From an uncultured Nitrospiraceae bacterium (GTDB lineage Bacteria > Nitrospirota > Nitrospiria > Nitrospirales > Nitrospiraceae): 64,000 nt of DNA. The notes under the pieces were generated by a model. The model saw only the letters and a list, made by a program, of their open reading frames with translations. It was not told the origin of the DNA and searched no databases. Positions 9,949 to 19,693 of the stretch are shown here, piece by piece. The stretch spans positions 1,408,001 through 1,472,000 of the forward strand of contig CAVSTP010000004.1 of NCBI GenBank assembly GCA_963730935.1. Direction: 5' to 3'. Position 1 is the first letter of the stretch, and every line of letters starts with the position of its first letter. The position numbers were made by a program, and so were the translations under genes.

Positions 9949-10642
9949 ATGATCATGCACCGAAAGTTGATTGTGTCCCTCTCCTTCAACCTTGTGCTGA
10001 CCAGTCTTTTACTTGTGGGGTATGTCGGTCCCAACGTGAAGACGACATTCATGCCCGACGATCGAGGCCCCGACTATAGGGGCACATACTCGCATTCATC
10101 CGTTGGCTGTAGTCATCGGATCCGTGACAATCGGGGAGCGGGTGTTTGTCGCGCCAATGGCCTCCGTTCGTGGAGACGAAGGTCGGCATATCTTCATCGG
10201 CAACGACAGTAATATTCAAGACGGGGTGGTCATTCATGGCTTAGAGACGTTCGAAGGCGACCATGAATTGCCCGAGAATGAAGTCGAGATGAAGGGCCAG
10301 AAATATTCGGTCTACGTGGGCCATCGTGTCTCACTCGCGCATCAATCGCAGGTCCATGGACCGGCCAAAGTCGGTGATGACACCTTTGTGGGAATGCAGG
10401 CGCTCCTTTTCAGAACCGAAGTTGGAGACCATGTCGTCGTGGAGCCGGGCGCGAAGTTGATCGGCGTGAAGGTCCCGCCGAGACGGTACGTTCCAGCGCT
10501 TTCGATTATTACTAAACAGGCCGAAGCCGATGCCCTTCCCACAATCACTGACGACTATGCGTATCGGAACCTGAATGATGGCGTCGTCCGAGTCAACGTG
10601 CAGTTGGCCGAAGCGCCTCAACCCAAACCTATGGTCAGGTAG
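9949..10642 (+). CDS. Gamma-class (Cam-type) carbonic anhydrase with N-terminal signal/anchor, one apparent +1 frameshift
   Basis: Hexapeptide repeats with RGDEG, NIQDGVVIHGLET, LAHQSQVHGP (three His ligands); removing one C at 10054-10056 fuses the hydrophobic N-terminal ORF. Confidence 0.85.
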
Positions 10643-10647
10643 GTATT

Positions 10648-11367
10648 CTACTGTTGCGGTAATGATGCAGGAGATATTGGGGTAGTTTCGACCGCGGTCG
10701 GCAGCCTATTCAGATCAACCACCACGACTTTGGATTCATCGACATACCCGCCCCATCCGTCGAGTTTTTTCGCTTGTTGGGTCGGAATTCGCCAATCCGC
10801 AGGCTCGAACCCAGCCTTGAACTTGAAACGGGCAATCGGTAAAAGCGGATCAAGCCGGCTATTGGGTTCATAGGTCGTTTCGTATTGAACCGAACTGGGC
10901 GACGTCTTTCCATTCGCGAGTAGCATGTACAGATGTTGTTGATGCACAAACACACCGCCTGAGGTGATTAACGGTGCGCCGTCGGAATCTTGCTGGACGA
11001 GATAGAATCTCACGAGGTCTCGGGTTGATGCCTTACTCAGCCCGGTGGCAAGAAGAGGTGCGAGGATTTTGATATCACGCTGGGAGAATGCGGGAACAGT
11101 CTTCACTCTATTTATGAATCCACCTGTTCCCGTGACGTCGCGTGCCTGAAGTTGAAGCCCTTGGAGCATCGAAGCGATCTGAGTCGGAGGAATTGTGGCT
11201 GGATGGCTATGATCCGACCCCGCGTGAGCATCGTAGGCGACATCGACGAGGAGTGAGGGTTCATCGAGTATTGGAATAGGTGGCGGTGAGACGGTACAGC
11301 CGGAGGCGTAAACCAATGCCCATCCGGCGATAGCAAGTGCTTGAACCCATCGCATACTTAAACTCAT
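10648..11367 (-). CDS. Hypothetical lipoprotein
   Basis: Lipobox-like YASGC; 239 aa; co-oriented downstream of pstS. Confidence 0.75.
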   Translation of the reverse strand: MSLSMRWVQALAIAGWALVYASGCTVSPPPIPILDEPSLLVDVAYDAHAGSDHSHPATIPPTQIASMLQGLQLQARDVTGTGGFINRVKTVPAFSQRDIKILAPLLATGLSKASTRDLVRFYLVQQDSDGAPLITSGGVFVHQQHLYMLLANGKTSPSSVQYETTYEPNSRLDPLLPIARFKFKAGFEPADWRIPTQQAKKLDGWGGYVDESKVVVVDLNRLPTAVETTPISPASLPQQ

Positions 11368-11450
11368 ATAGGCTCGAAGTGTAACAAAGCCATGGTACTA
11401 AAAGAAGACGGCAGGCAAAGTTGTTCCTCCTGCCGCCTGAACAAGCACGG

Positions 11451-12545
11451 TCAACGGCGCTGGGCCACCATACCAGAAGCCAAGGTCTGGTCACCGAGGG
11501 TTTGTAAGTTTGTCATGATCTGCTGGGTGGAGAGAGGATAGACCCCGGCGCGCACCAACGTGTCCTGCCCTTCACGGCTGTTGATGAATCGCAAGAATTC
11601 GATGATTTCCGGCGCTAGCTGATCTCGCTTCGCATAGAGATACAGCGAACGCGTGAGCGGATAGGTTCCGTCGGCCACCGTTTCAGCTGTTGGCGCAACC
11701 GGCGTGTCTCCAGCTTTGGCGACGATGGGAAGGATTCTGACCGTTGAAGCCTTGAATTCGATACTGGCGTATCCAATGCCAAGCCGATCGCGGCTGATGT
11801 CCAAGATTTCCATTGCAGAGCCTGGTGCCTCTTTCACCTCGGATCTGAAGTCACCATCGAGCAGTACCATGTACTTGAACAGCGTTCTCGTTCCAGAGCG
11901 TTTGTCACGCCCATAGAGACTGATCGGTAGTTGTTCCCAGCGATCTTGCAACCCCAATTGCCCCCAGGTGGTAATGCTATTGGGCGCTCCACGCTTTCGC
12001 GTCTGGCTAAACAAAGCGTCTGCTTGATCGAGAGTCAAGCTTGCAAGCGGGTTCTGATAATTGACATAGATCGCAATGGCATCGAGCGCAATCGGAATTT
12101 CCATGGGCTCTGATCCATACCGAGACCGAAAGTCCATCCGTTCATCCTCTGTCAACTGACGAGAGGAAGCCAGCAGTCCCACATGACCGGATACCAGATG
12201 GCCCTTGGAATTGGCATCGCCTCGCCGAATGGTCGACTGGTTCTGGAGGAACTGTATTAACGCCGCATCAGAGCCACCACCCTGAACCGCGACCTTGATC
12301 CCAGGTTGAACAGCCTTAAACGCAGTCGCCGCCTTGAGAATCACAGGTTGCATGCTATCTGATCCGGCAACCACGAGGGCTCCTGTGACGCCGGGCTTGG
12401 GTTGGTAGGAAGCGATCGTTGAATCCACCACCGGTCGAACCGAATTCAGCGGTTGCTCCGCCCTTACGCCTGTGAAAAGCAGCAGGCAGGCGACACAGCT
12501 CATCAGTCCTGCCAAGCCCCATTGACCGACGCTTTGTTTACTCAC
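11451..12545 (-). CDS. pstS: PstS-family phosphate-binding protein
   Basis: AGSDSM, GGGS, ASSR, IALDAIAIYVN, GRDKRSGT, YPLTRSLYLY motifs. Confidence 0.9.
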   Translation of the reverse strand: MSKQSVGQWGLAGLMSCVACLLLFTGVRAEQPLNSVRPVVDSTIASYQPKPGVTGALVVAGSDSMQPVILKAATAFKAVQPGIKVAVQGGGSDAALIQFLQNQSTIRRGDANSKGHLVSGHVGLLASSRQLTEDERMDFRSRYGSEPMEIPIALDAIAIYVNYQNPLASLTLDQADALFSQTRKRGAPNSITTWGQLGLQDRWEQLPISLYGRDKRSGTRTLFKYMVLLDGDFRSEVKEAPGSAMEILDISRDRLGIGYASIEFKASTVRILPIVAKAGDTPVAPTAETVADGTYPLTRSLYLYAKRDQLAPEIIEFLRFINSREGQDTLVRAGVYPLSTQQIMTNLQTLGDQTLASGMVAQRR

Positions 12546-12694
12546 GTGGACCTCCTTGTTGAGGACAGCAAATGGGCCGAGATGTCCGACTGGTCACCTC
12601 CCACCCCTTTTACGTGTGTACTCGAACCGATGACGACGAAGGACGATTCTTCCGAGACGTGCCGGGTTGTCCACGGCTTCACAGGGTGCAATTC

Positions 12695-12814
12695 TTATCG
12701 TAGGAACGCATTCCGCACATCACGCCAAAGCGAATAGAGGAAATACAAGAACGCCACGCCGATACCGATCTCCAGACTGGAGATCACAACACGCATCAGC
12801 ATGTCCACAATCAT
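12695..12814 (-). CDS. Unannotated 39-aa single-TM small protein
   Basis: MIVDMLMRVVISSLEIGIGVAFLYFLYSLWRDVRNAFLR*; AAGAGG SD upstream. Confidence 0.6.
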   Translation of the reverse strand: MIVDMLMRVVISSLEIGIGVAFLYFLYSLWRDVRNAFLR

Positions 12815-12904
12815 GATGGCCTCTTGGTATAGATCGAGGACACTCGTGACGAACAGCTCGATGATAGAAAGTTACAGGTTGTTTATAGCTTCCCAATCAC
12901 CAGA

Positions 12905-13020
12905 GAGTTAAGGCGATGTTAATTTTGATTCTCCGTCTTGCAATGCGCTGAATGATCTTTTGAACCCAAATCCTGTTCGGTAACACACTGTTAACATGAA
13001 CCTACACGCATCGTTAACAT
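12905..13020. promoter_or_regulatory. Divergent Pho-box-like sites between the two pstS genes
   Basis: Minus strand TTAACA-N5-TTAACT (about 12922..12906); plus strand GTAACA(12980)-N5-TTAACA(12991) and TTAACA(13014). Confidence 0.55.
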
Positions 13021-13176
13021 GCAGATACTAGCATCGCAGCCATTCTGATCATCATCTGCGCTGCGTTGGTTAGAGTTGGCGTTGTTGTAGCGTTGGGTTG
13101 TTGTAGCGGTACGGCCAAATTTTTAGATGATTTCTCGTCCTGTTCCTTGAAGCTCCATGGCCAAAGGAGGACGCCT

Positions 13177-14325
13177 ATGAAATGTGCAACGCTAGTACCG
13201 CCTAGACGATGGCTTGTTTCAACTGCCATCATTGCTGTGATATGCATGCAGGGCCCGCAGGTGGCGAAAGCCTGTAGTGGTGGAGGCGATTCTTCGGGAC
13301 CCCGCACTTTGGAAACATCCCTTCCGGGAGCCACTAGCGCAATTGATTCCAAGATCGGCTCATATAATGTGCAGCCGGACGTTGTGGGTAGCTTTGCGAT
13401 CGCCGGCTCCGATACCCTCCAGCCGATCATGGTGAACCTTGCCACGGCATTCAAGAGCGCCCAGCCGGGTGTGAAAATCGCCGTGCAGGGTGGGGGCTCC
13501 AATGCAGCAATAACCGGATTCCTCAGTGACCAAGCCACCATTCGCCGCGGTGACGCGCAAGCGAAAGGCCATATCGTTTCTGGCCATGTTCCACTATTAG
13601 CCAGCTCCCGGGAGCTGACGCAATCTGAGCGGGCTGCTTTCCGCTCTCGCCACGGGTATGAAACCACAGAGATACCAATCGCGCTGGATGCAGTGGGAAT
13701 TTATGTCAATGCAGGAAATCCGATCCAGGGATTGACCATGCAACAGGTAGACGCCATCTTCAGCAAAGACCGCAAGAGAGGTTTTCCTCAGGGATTGACC
13801 AAATGGGGAGATCTAGGCCTCGAACAGGGCTGGGGTCTTCAGGACATTCACCTTTATGGAAGAGACAAGGGATCGGGTACTCGCACATTTTTTATCGACG
13901 AAGCATTGATGGGCGGCACGATGCATCCTGACGTTCAGGAAGCCAGCGGCTCTGCGAGTGAGATCCTTCAAATCAGCCGTGATCCATTTGGAATCGGATA
14001 TGCTGGAATTGGATTTCAAGCCTCCACCGTGCGTATCGTTCCGCTCACCAAGGACCCAGGACAGCCGTTTGTGGCCCCGAGTGTCACGACGGTTCTGGAT
14101 GGTTCCTATCCTCTCGTCCGCCGGCTGTATGTGTATGTAAATCAGCCTTCAGACCGAGAGTTGACACCCGATGTCAAAGCCTTTCTGATGTTTGTGAACA
14201 GCCGACAGGGGCAGGGGGTTATAGCCCGATCCGGTGTGTATCCATTATCGGCGGAGCAAATCGCCACGAACGTCCGTGTACTAAATGATTCTGTGTTGTC
14301 CGCTCGTGAAGGACACGCCAAATAA
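13177..14325 (+). CDS. pstS: PstS-family phosphate-binding protein (second paralog)
   Basis: AAGGAGG SD; AGSDTL, GGGS, ASSR, GRDKGSGT, YPLVRRLYVYVN. Confidence 0.9.
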   Translation: MKCATLVPPRRWLVSTAIIAVICMQGPQVAKACSGGGDSSGPRTLETSLPGATSAIDSKIGSYNVQPDVVGSFAIAGSDTLQPIMVNLATAFKSAQPGVKIAVQGGGSNAAITGFLSDQATIRRGDAQAKGHIVSGHVPLLASSRELTQSERAAFRSRHGYETTEIPIALDAVGIYVNAGNPIQGLTMQQVDAIFSKDRKRGFPQGLTKWGDLGLEQGWGLQDIHLYGRDKGSGTRTFFIDEALMGGTMHPDVQEASGSASEILQISRDPFGIGYAGIGFQASTVRIVPLTKDPGQPFVAPSVTTVLDGSYPLVRRLYVYVNQPSDRELTPDVKAFLMFVNSRQGQGVIARSGVYPLSAEQIATNVRVLNDSVLSAREGHAK

Positions 14326-14588
14326 GTATCGTTGATGCCAGGCATTATCGCGAGGCGGAAGTCGACACCGTTTGGCACTGGAACGTGTCGAGGCAAGTGA
14401 CCTGCGGTTTATTAGTTTGCTTCCTCTTCCAACCTCCATGGGAAACCAGATAGTTAGAAAGATTTGTTACCGCGCAGCTACCGATCACCAGATTACCGAA
14501 GAGAATGCAGTGTGCCGGACGATGGGACGAGATTCACGCGCGAGACGTTCAACGGGAAAAGAGTACGCGAGTTGGCAGTTGGCGAAAG

Positions 14589-15359
14589 TCAGTCAAGTTT
14601 GAGAACGCCAAACCTGTTTGAGATATGATCGAAGGTTCGGTCAGAATCATTAAAACAGAGGCTTGGTGGCCAGGACACAACCTTGGGGGGCTCAGACATT
14701 ATCTCAATAGTTGCGTCTGCCCATTGGCGATCTGTCACGGTTATACGTAGCCTCTCAATTTCATCCTTGTGAGGAGCAAGAAATTTGATATCAAGGAGCT
14801 GCAGAACAAGACGACCGAAGGCCATTGTTATCACAAAAATAATACGAGGAGGAGAGGGTGTTTCATACTTAATCGTCCCATGAGTCGTATAGGCTCGCAA
14901 ATCTAGCCCAGAGTAATAGCCAAGCCAAACAGTCGCACGCTCAAAAGGATATCGGTTCTGACGAAATTGATAACGTTCTTCGAAGCTGTAGAAGGACATT
15001 CCCCCATCCATGCCATCAAAGACGAGGGCGCACTTAACAATCCAACTGGAAATTATGAGTTGTTGTTCTATTGTCAGTACGGTAGCAACCCCATTTATTA
15101 GAGCGGTGAGAATTGGACGCGCCTCGCTTTCCAAGTCGCTCATCCAGCCTTCATTGCACCGCTTTTTACACACGCTTCTCACTATGATTTCGGGATCACC
15201 ACGCTTCCACCTGTCAATCTCTCCATGCTGGTTAATTCGAGCTGCATGAAACCGCATATTTGTCCCTGGCCACTGTGCGATGACATCAAGCAACCACCGC
15301 GGCCAAACATGTTCTTCGGAATCGACGCGCCTACCACAAAAGATACAAAGTTTATTCAT
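14589..15359 (-). CDS. Protein with an HNH-like zinc-binding N-terminal domain
   Basis: CIFCG...SEEHVWPRW...VCKKRCNEGWMSDLE; visibly AT-richer than the core genes. Confidence 0.65.
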   Translation of the reverse strand: MNKLCIFCGRRVDSEEHVWPRWLLDVIAQWPGTNMRFHAARINQHGEIDRWKRGDPEIIVRSVCKKRCNEGWMSDLESEARPILTALINGVATVLTIEQQLIISSWIVKCALVFDGMDGGMSFYSFEERYQFRQNRYPFERATVWLGYYSGLDLRAYTTHGTIKYETPSPPRIIFVITMAFGRLVLQLLDIKFLAPHKDEIERLRITVTDRQWADATIEIMSEPPKVVSWPPSLCFNDSDRTFDHISNRFGVLKLD

Positions 15360-15615
15360 AGGAGCTTAAGTGTGAAAACAATGTGGCCCGATGGCCGCTC
15401 TTTCGCAAAAGATTTTGTATTTATTAGGGTCGCCCTTTAATGATTTTCTCTGAATAGGCGTCGGAATGCCTGACAATGCCTCGAGTTGCTGAGAGCGTTG
15501 ATTTCCAAAGGTTCGACGGGATCTACGCTGCACGATCATCCACTTCAAACAGATTGAGGTCCTTTTCCTCCTGGGCATTACCCACAGAGACATGGCATTT
15601 GGATACAATCTTCAT

Positions 15616-16446
15616 CTACTTCTTTGCTAAAGCATCGTTCAGGAGTTTCGCTAGTCGCACACCCGCCTTAGCCAATTGCTTATCAATTACAGACACGTTT
15701 GCCTGATAATAGTCTTCGCCCAATTTGTGATCCTCAGGAAACGCATATACATGTTGTCTTGCGATCTCCTTTGACTCCATAGCCCAATCCACCACTGTGC
15801 CAGCTTGAAGAACCTCTTCTGGCTGAAACTTCAACCAGACGGTGAGTCGCTTTGCATAAAGTTGTGCGTCACGTTCACGCTTTTCAAGAATTCCATTGTC
15901 CCAGACCGCGTGGAGATTCCACGGCTTGTGATTGTGAGGGTTGGTCTTCTCGCCGAGGAATTCCACCTCCACATCATTTCCCCCATGATCATTATTCTGC
16001 CCTGCATGAAGCGGCTGGTGTAAGTCACCGATAAAGTGGATGAGATATTTGAGAGCTTTTTGGCGCTTTAGAAAATCTGCCTTAACATTTGCGAGAACTC
16101 CACGAAAGCGTTCGATTTGGCCGATCACACATTGGTTTTTTGGACAGACACGGTCGGGGTCATACGCAGTTTCAGTGATATCAATGTTCACATAGTGCCA
16201 CGGCGCAGTCTGTTGGTCACGAACCTTATCTGCCCAAATGGCGGCCTCGATGAAGGTGGTTCCATCTAAGAGAGCAAGTAGAGAGCCCCGGACCTCGGGT
16301 TGAAGTCTTTGTTCCGCGATTATTGCAATAACCTCATGCCCCTCTTTTGCCCACGCATGTAGAAGCGACGGCACAAACAGGAGAAGAACAATAAGAGCCA
16401 GTTGAATGACAGACTTTTCTTTGCGCTTAATTGAGTCCACGATCAA
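15616..16446 (-). CDS. S1/P1 family nuclease, exported
   Basis: Signal peptide then WAKEGH, WADKVR, WHYVN, HFIGDLHQPLH, NLHAVWD zinc-ligand motifs. Confidence 0.92.
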   Translation of the reverse strand: MIVDSIKRKEKSVIQLALIVLLLFVPSLLHAWAKEGHEVIAIIAEQRLQPEVRGSLLALLDGTTFIEAAIWADKVRDQQTAPWHYVNIDITETAYDPDRVCPKNQCVIGQIERFRGVLANVKADFLKRQKALKYLIHFIGDLHQPLHAGQNNDHGGNDVEVEFLGEKTNPHNHKPWNLHAVWDNGILEKRERDAQLYAKRLTVWLKFQPEEVLQAGTVVDWAMESKEIARQHVYAFPEDHKLGEDYYQANVSVIDKQLAKAGVRLAKLLNDALAKK

Positions 16447-16750
16447 ATCCCAAGTTGCTGCGACTCGTTGGAGGTTTTTGTGATCTCTTCTTGGCGGCTT
16501 CTTTTGCGTTCATGAATAGACTCCAAGAGTTTTTCTTGGGCGAATCGCAAGGCCACAAGGCGAACGACTAGAGCGACAAAAACTTCATCATTTTGTGTCA
16601 CATCAGTCTCCAATCAGATTTTCAGAAGGAAGCTACCGTAGTCTTCAGCTTCCAGCAATATGGTTGTATTTGCCGCGTCCCGAACGCAGTGCGTTACCGG
16701 ACTGCCCTACGCCAGCCACATACTTGTCACAAAGAGAGTTTGCTCCTTGT

Positions 16751-16779
16751 TTGACCTCCTCCAAGCCCTCCGCTAAGAT
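16751..16779 (+). promoter_or_regulatory. Sigma70-type promoter of purM
   Basis: TTGACC-N17-TAAGAT, ending 12 nt before the ATG. Confidence 0.55.
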
Positions 16780-16791
16780 GCGTCCCCTGCC

Positions 16792-17829
16792 ATGACCACC
16801 TATCGCGAAGCCGGCGTAGACATGGACGCCGGAGACGAATTCGTCGACCGCATCAAGCCGCTCGTCCGCTCGACCTTCCGGCCGGAGGTCCTGACGGATC
16901 TCGGAGGCTTTGGCGGCCTCTTCCGCCTTCAAAGCAAACAGTATGCAGACCCTGTGCTGGTGTCCGGCACCGATGGTGTCGGCACCAAACTGAAGATCGC
17001 CTTTCTGATGGACCGGCATGACACGGTCGGCATCGATCTCGTCGCCATGTGCGTCAACGACATCGCCGTAAGCGGAGCGGAACCGTTGTTCTTTCTCGAT
17101 TACTTTGCGACCGGGAAACTGTCGGTCGAGAAAGCCCACCAGGTCGTGACCGGCATCGCCGAGGGCTGCCGGCAGGCGGGTTGCGCGTTGATCGGTGGCG
17201 AGACGGCGGAGATGCCGTCGATGTATCCCGAAGGAGAATACGATCTGGCCGGGTTTGCCGTCGGAGTTGTCGATAAGCCGAAGATCATCGACGGCAAGAG
17301 CATCAAGCCCGGCGATGCGATTCTGGGACTCGCGTCGTCCGGCTTGCATAGTAATGGATATTCGCTCGCGCGGCGCGTGTTCTTCGAGAAGGCCAAATTG
17401 AGTGTCAACGCGACCTTGCCGGAACTGGATCGTCCGCTGGGCGAGGCGCTGCTGACGCCGACGCGCATTTACGCGAAGCAAATTCTGGCGCTCGTGAAGG
17501 AATTCCGCATCAAAGGGATCGCACACATCACCGGCGGCGGCATCACCGAAAACTTGCCGCGCGTCTTCCCTCAGGGCGTGCGGGCGAGAATCGACAGGAA
17601 GGCTTGGACCGTTCCGCCCATCTTTCAGGCCTTGAGCAGGATTGGAGAGGTCGAGCGCGAGGAGATGTACCGGGTGTTCAACATGGGGATCGGGTTGATT
17701 CTCGTGGTGCCGGCACAATCGGCGAATGCGGCCTTGAAGAAAGCCGAAGCGCTGGGCGACCGCGGCTGGAAAATTGGAGAAATCGTGGCGTCGTCAGGGA
17801 CGGAACCGGAGGTGGAATATGTCGGCTAA
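16792..17829 (+). CDS. purM: Phosphoribosylformylglycinamidine cyclo-ligase
   Basis: [46 protein letters not shown]. Confidence 0.98.
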   Translation: MTTYREAGVDMDAGDEFVDRIKPLVRSTFRPEVLTDLGGFGGLFRLQSKQYADPVLVSGTDGVGTKLKIAFLMDRHDTVGIDLVAMCVNDIAVSGAEPLFFLDYFATGKLSVEKAHQVVTGIAEGCRQAGCALIGGETAEMPSMYPEGEYDLAGFAVGVVDKPKIIDGKSIKPGDAILGLASSGLHSNGYSLARRVFFEKAKLSVNATLPELDRPLGEALLTPTRIYAKQILALVKEFRIKGIAHITGGGITENLPRVFPQGVRARIDRKAWTVPPIFQALSRIGEVEREEMYRVFNMGIGLILVVPAQSANAALKKAEALGDRGWKIGEIVASSGTEPEVEYVG

Positions 17830-18493
17830 GCGGTCCTCCCCGCTTCGCCTAGCCGTCTTGGCCTCCGGCCGTGGCTCCAACCTGCAAGCCATCATCGATG
17901 CGATCGAAGCCGGGCAGCTTCAGGCGCAGATTGTCGCGGTGATCAGCAACAAGAAGGATGCGGCGGCGCTAGAGCGCGCCCGCAAGCATAGTCTGCCGGA
18001 CCTCTTCGTTGATCCCAAACCGTTCGCGGGACAGCCCGACAGCCGTGAGGCCTATGATCGTGCCCTGCTGGAAGTGCTGGAGCAGCGCGAGGTGGAATTA
18101 GTGCTGTTGGCGGGCTACATGAAGATTGTGACGGCGGTCCTCGTCAACGCCTTTGCCAACCGGATGATGAACATCCATCCCTCGCTGCTTCCGTCCTTCC
18201 CCGGCTTGGAGGTTCAAAAGAAGGCGATCGACTGGGGCTGCAAACTATCGGGCTGCACGGTCCATTTCGTCACGGAAGGCGTGGATGAAGGTCCGATTAT
18301 TCTGCAAGCGGCGGTACCAGTCTTAGACAACGATTCGCCGGAAGCGTTGGCCGCGCGCATTCTCGTGCAAGAGCACAAGATCTACCCAAGGGCTGTCCAG
18401 CTCTTTGCTGAAGACCGCCTTCAAGTGGATGGCCGACGCGTGCTGATCGAAGACGGGAAGCCCGCGGGCGACGCCATCATCAGCCCTTCCTGA
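17819..18493 (+). CDS. purN: Phosphoribosylglycinamide formyltransferase
   Basis: [41 protein letters not shown]; overlaps the purM stop. Confidence 0.97.
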   Translation: MSAKRSSPLRLAVLASGRGSNLQAIIDAIEAGQLQAQIVAVISNKKDAAALERARKHSLPDLFVDPKPFAGQPDSREAYDRALLEVLEQREVELVLLAGYMKIVTAVLVNAFANRMMNIHPSLLPSFPGLEVQKKAIDWGCKLSGCTVHFVTEGVDEGPIILQAAVPVLDNDSPEALAARILVQEHKIYPRAVQLFAEDRLQVDGRRVLIEDGKPAGDAIISPS

Positions 18494-18665
18494 AGCATCT
18501 GGTCTGCGCTTCTAGCTAGAGACTCCAGAGATGGGTTGTGTATAATGCGTCTTCACGGGGACGCGAGCCCTTTCCTCCCCGTTCTTCTACCGCAGCTTTT
18601 CGTTGCACACTGACGTGCAACATCACCCTGCGGGATTCTCGGCTCGCGTCACCGTTCCCTCAGGT

Positions 18666-18741
18666 GGGGGGCTAGCTCAGTTGGGAGAGCACTACGTTCG
18701 CAACGTAGGGGTCGCGGGTTCAACTCCCGTGCCCTCCACCA
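18666..18741 (+). tRNA. tRNA-Ala (anticodon CGC)
   Basis: 76-nt cloverleaf: GGGGGGC/GCCCTCC acceptor stem with G3:U70, CTACG-TTCGCAA-CGTAG anticodon arm, TTCAACT T-loop, encoded CCA. Confidence 0.97.
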
Positions 18742-18934
18742 TTTTTTAGTTCCTTTCACCCTGCTCCAAAAACCCCCACTCGCCTCAATATTCCAATCCT
18801 TGATTTTCTTTGGGTTTTTGTCCCATCCTCCTGCTCGGTCCAAAAACAAATCGTATCGACCCAAAATCATGACGCGCGACGGCGCGTGCAGCGACAGAAT
18901 AAATACTGTCGACGAATATGGCGGGTAGTGGACC

Positions 18935-19381
18935 ATGGCTGTTCGAGATGTTTCTGTCTTTATTCTCTATACTTCTACTGGGCATATACTCCTTCAGCAT
19001 CGGACGGACGACGCCTTGCGATTGCCAGGTTACTGGGCATTCTTTGGAGGGGGTATAGAACAAGGAGAAAATCCAACTGAAGCACTAAAACGCGAGATCC
19101 GAGAGGAATTATCCTACCTAGTCCAAAACCCGACATTTCTCCTAGCGCAAAAAGTTAGAGACGAAGAGAATGACCATTACAATACGAAGTACGTGTTTGT
19201 TGAACAGTATCAGGACCAATCCCTTCAATTAGGGGAAGGACAGGCGATGGGATGGTTTTCACCTGACGAAACACATGGATTAAAAATGGTCGACCACGAC
19301 CGTTTCGTTGTGGAACAAGTTCGAGATTATTTGAATCGACTATCAGAAAGGGCCGGCCAGGCAGGGTGCGATGAATGCTGA
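18935..19381 (+). CDS. NUDIX hydrolase
   Basis: Nudix box GGIEQGENPTEALKREIREEL. Confidence 0.9.
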   Translation: MAVRDVSVFILYTSTGHILLQHRTDDALRLPGYWAFFGGGIEQGENPTEALKREIREELSYLVQNPTFLLAQKVRDEENDHYNTKYVFVEQYQDQSLQLGEGQAMGWFSPDETHGLKMVDHDRFVVEQVRDYLNRLSERAGQAGCDEC

Positions 19382-19693
19382 ATTCTGTTAGGCGGGCTTT
19401 GAGGAGCGTACGAGCGCTCCGGCAAGTGTAAGAGGAGTGTGACTCCGAAGTCATAATCAGTTGTTTTTGAACCATTACATGGCTACGCACAACATTATGA
19501 AATGTCTCGGATGCGCGAATCGCGGATCAGGAAGGTTTTTGGATGGCCTAGGAAGGGTTCGCGAATAACCAAATCGCGGGTCACAGCCATATCTAGACAT
19601 TCGCGCCAGTTCCAACCCCCCTTGCTTTACTCACTATAGCGGGCGATAATTGGCCTGCGTCGTTCACTAGGCTCTGACCAAGGCAGGTCACCT

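Noticed and set aside
15366..15608. 80-aa ORF between the S1/P1 and HNH-like genes
   Set aside because: No SD or motif; may be a decayed fragment but cannot be supported.
16645..17718. Long antisense ORF over purM (likewise 19688..20350, 36138..37199, 43798..44658, 48916..50157, 54766..55626)
   Set aside because: Shadow ORFs of GC-rich genes or repeats with no recognisable motifs.
19386..19392. GTTAGGC directly after the NUDIX stop, resembling an integron attC core
   Set aside because: No matching RYYYAAC inverse core or attC hairpin, and no intI.
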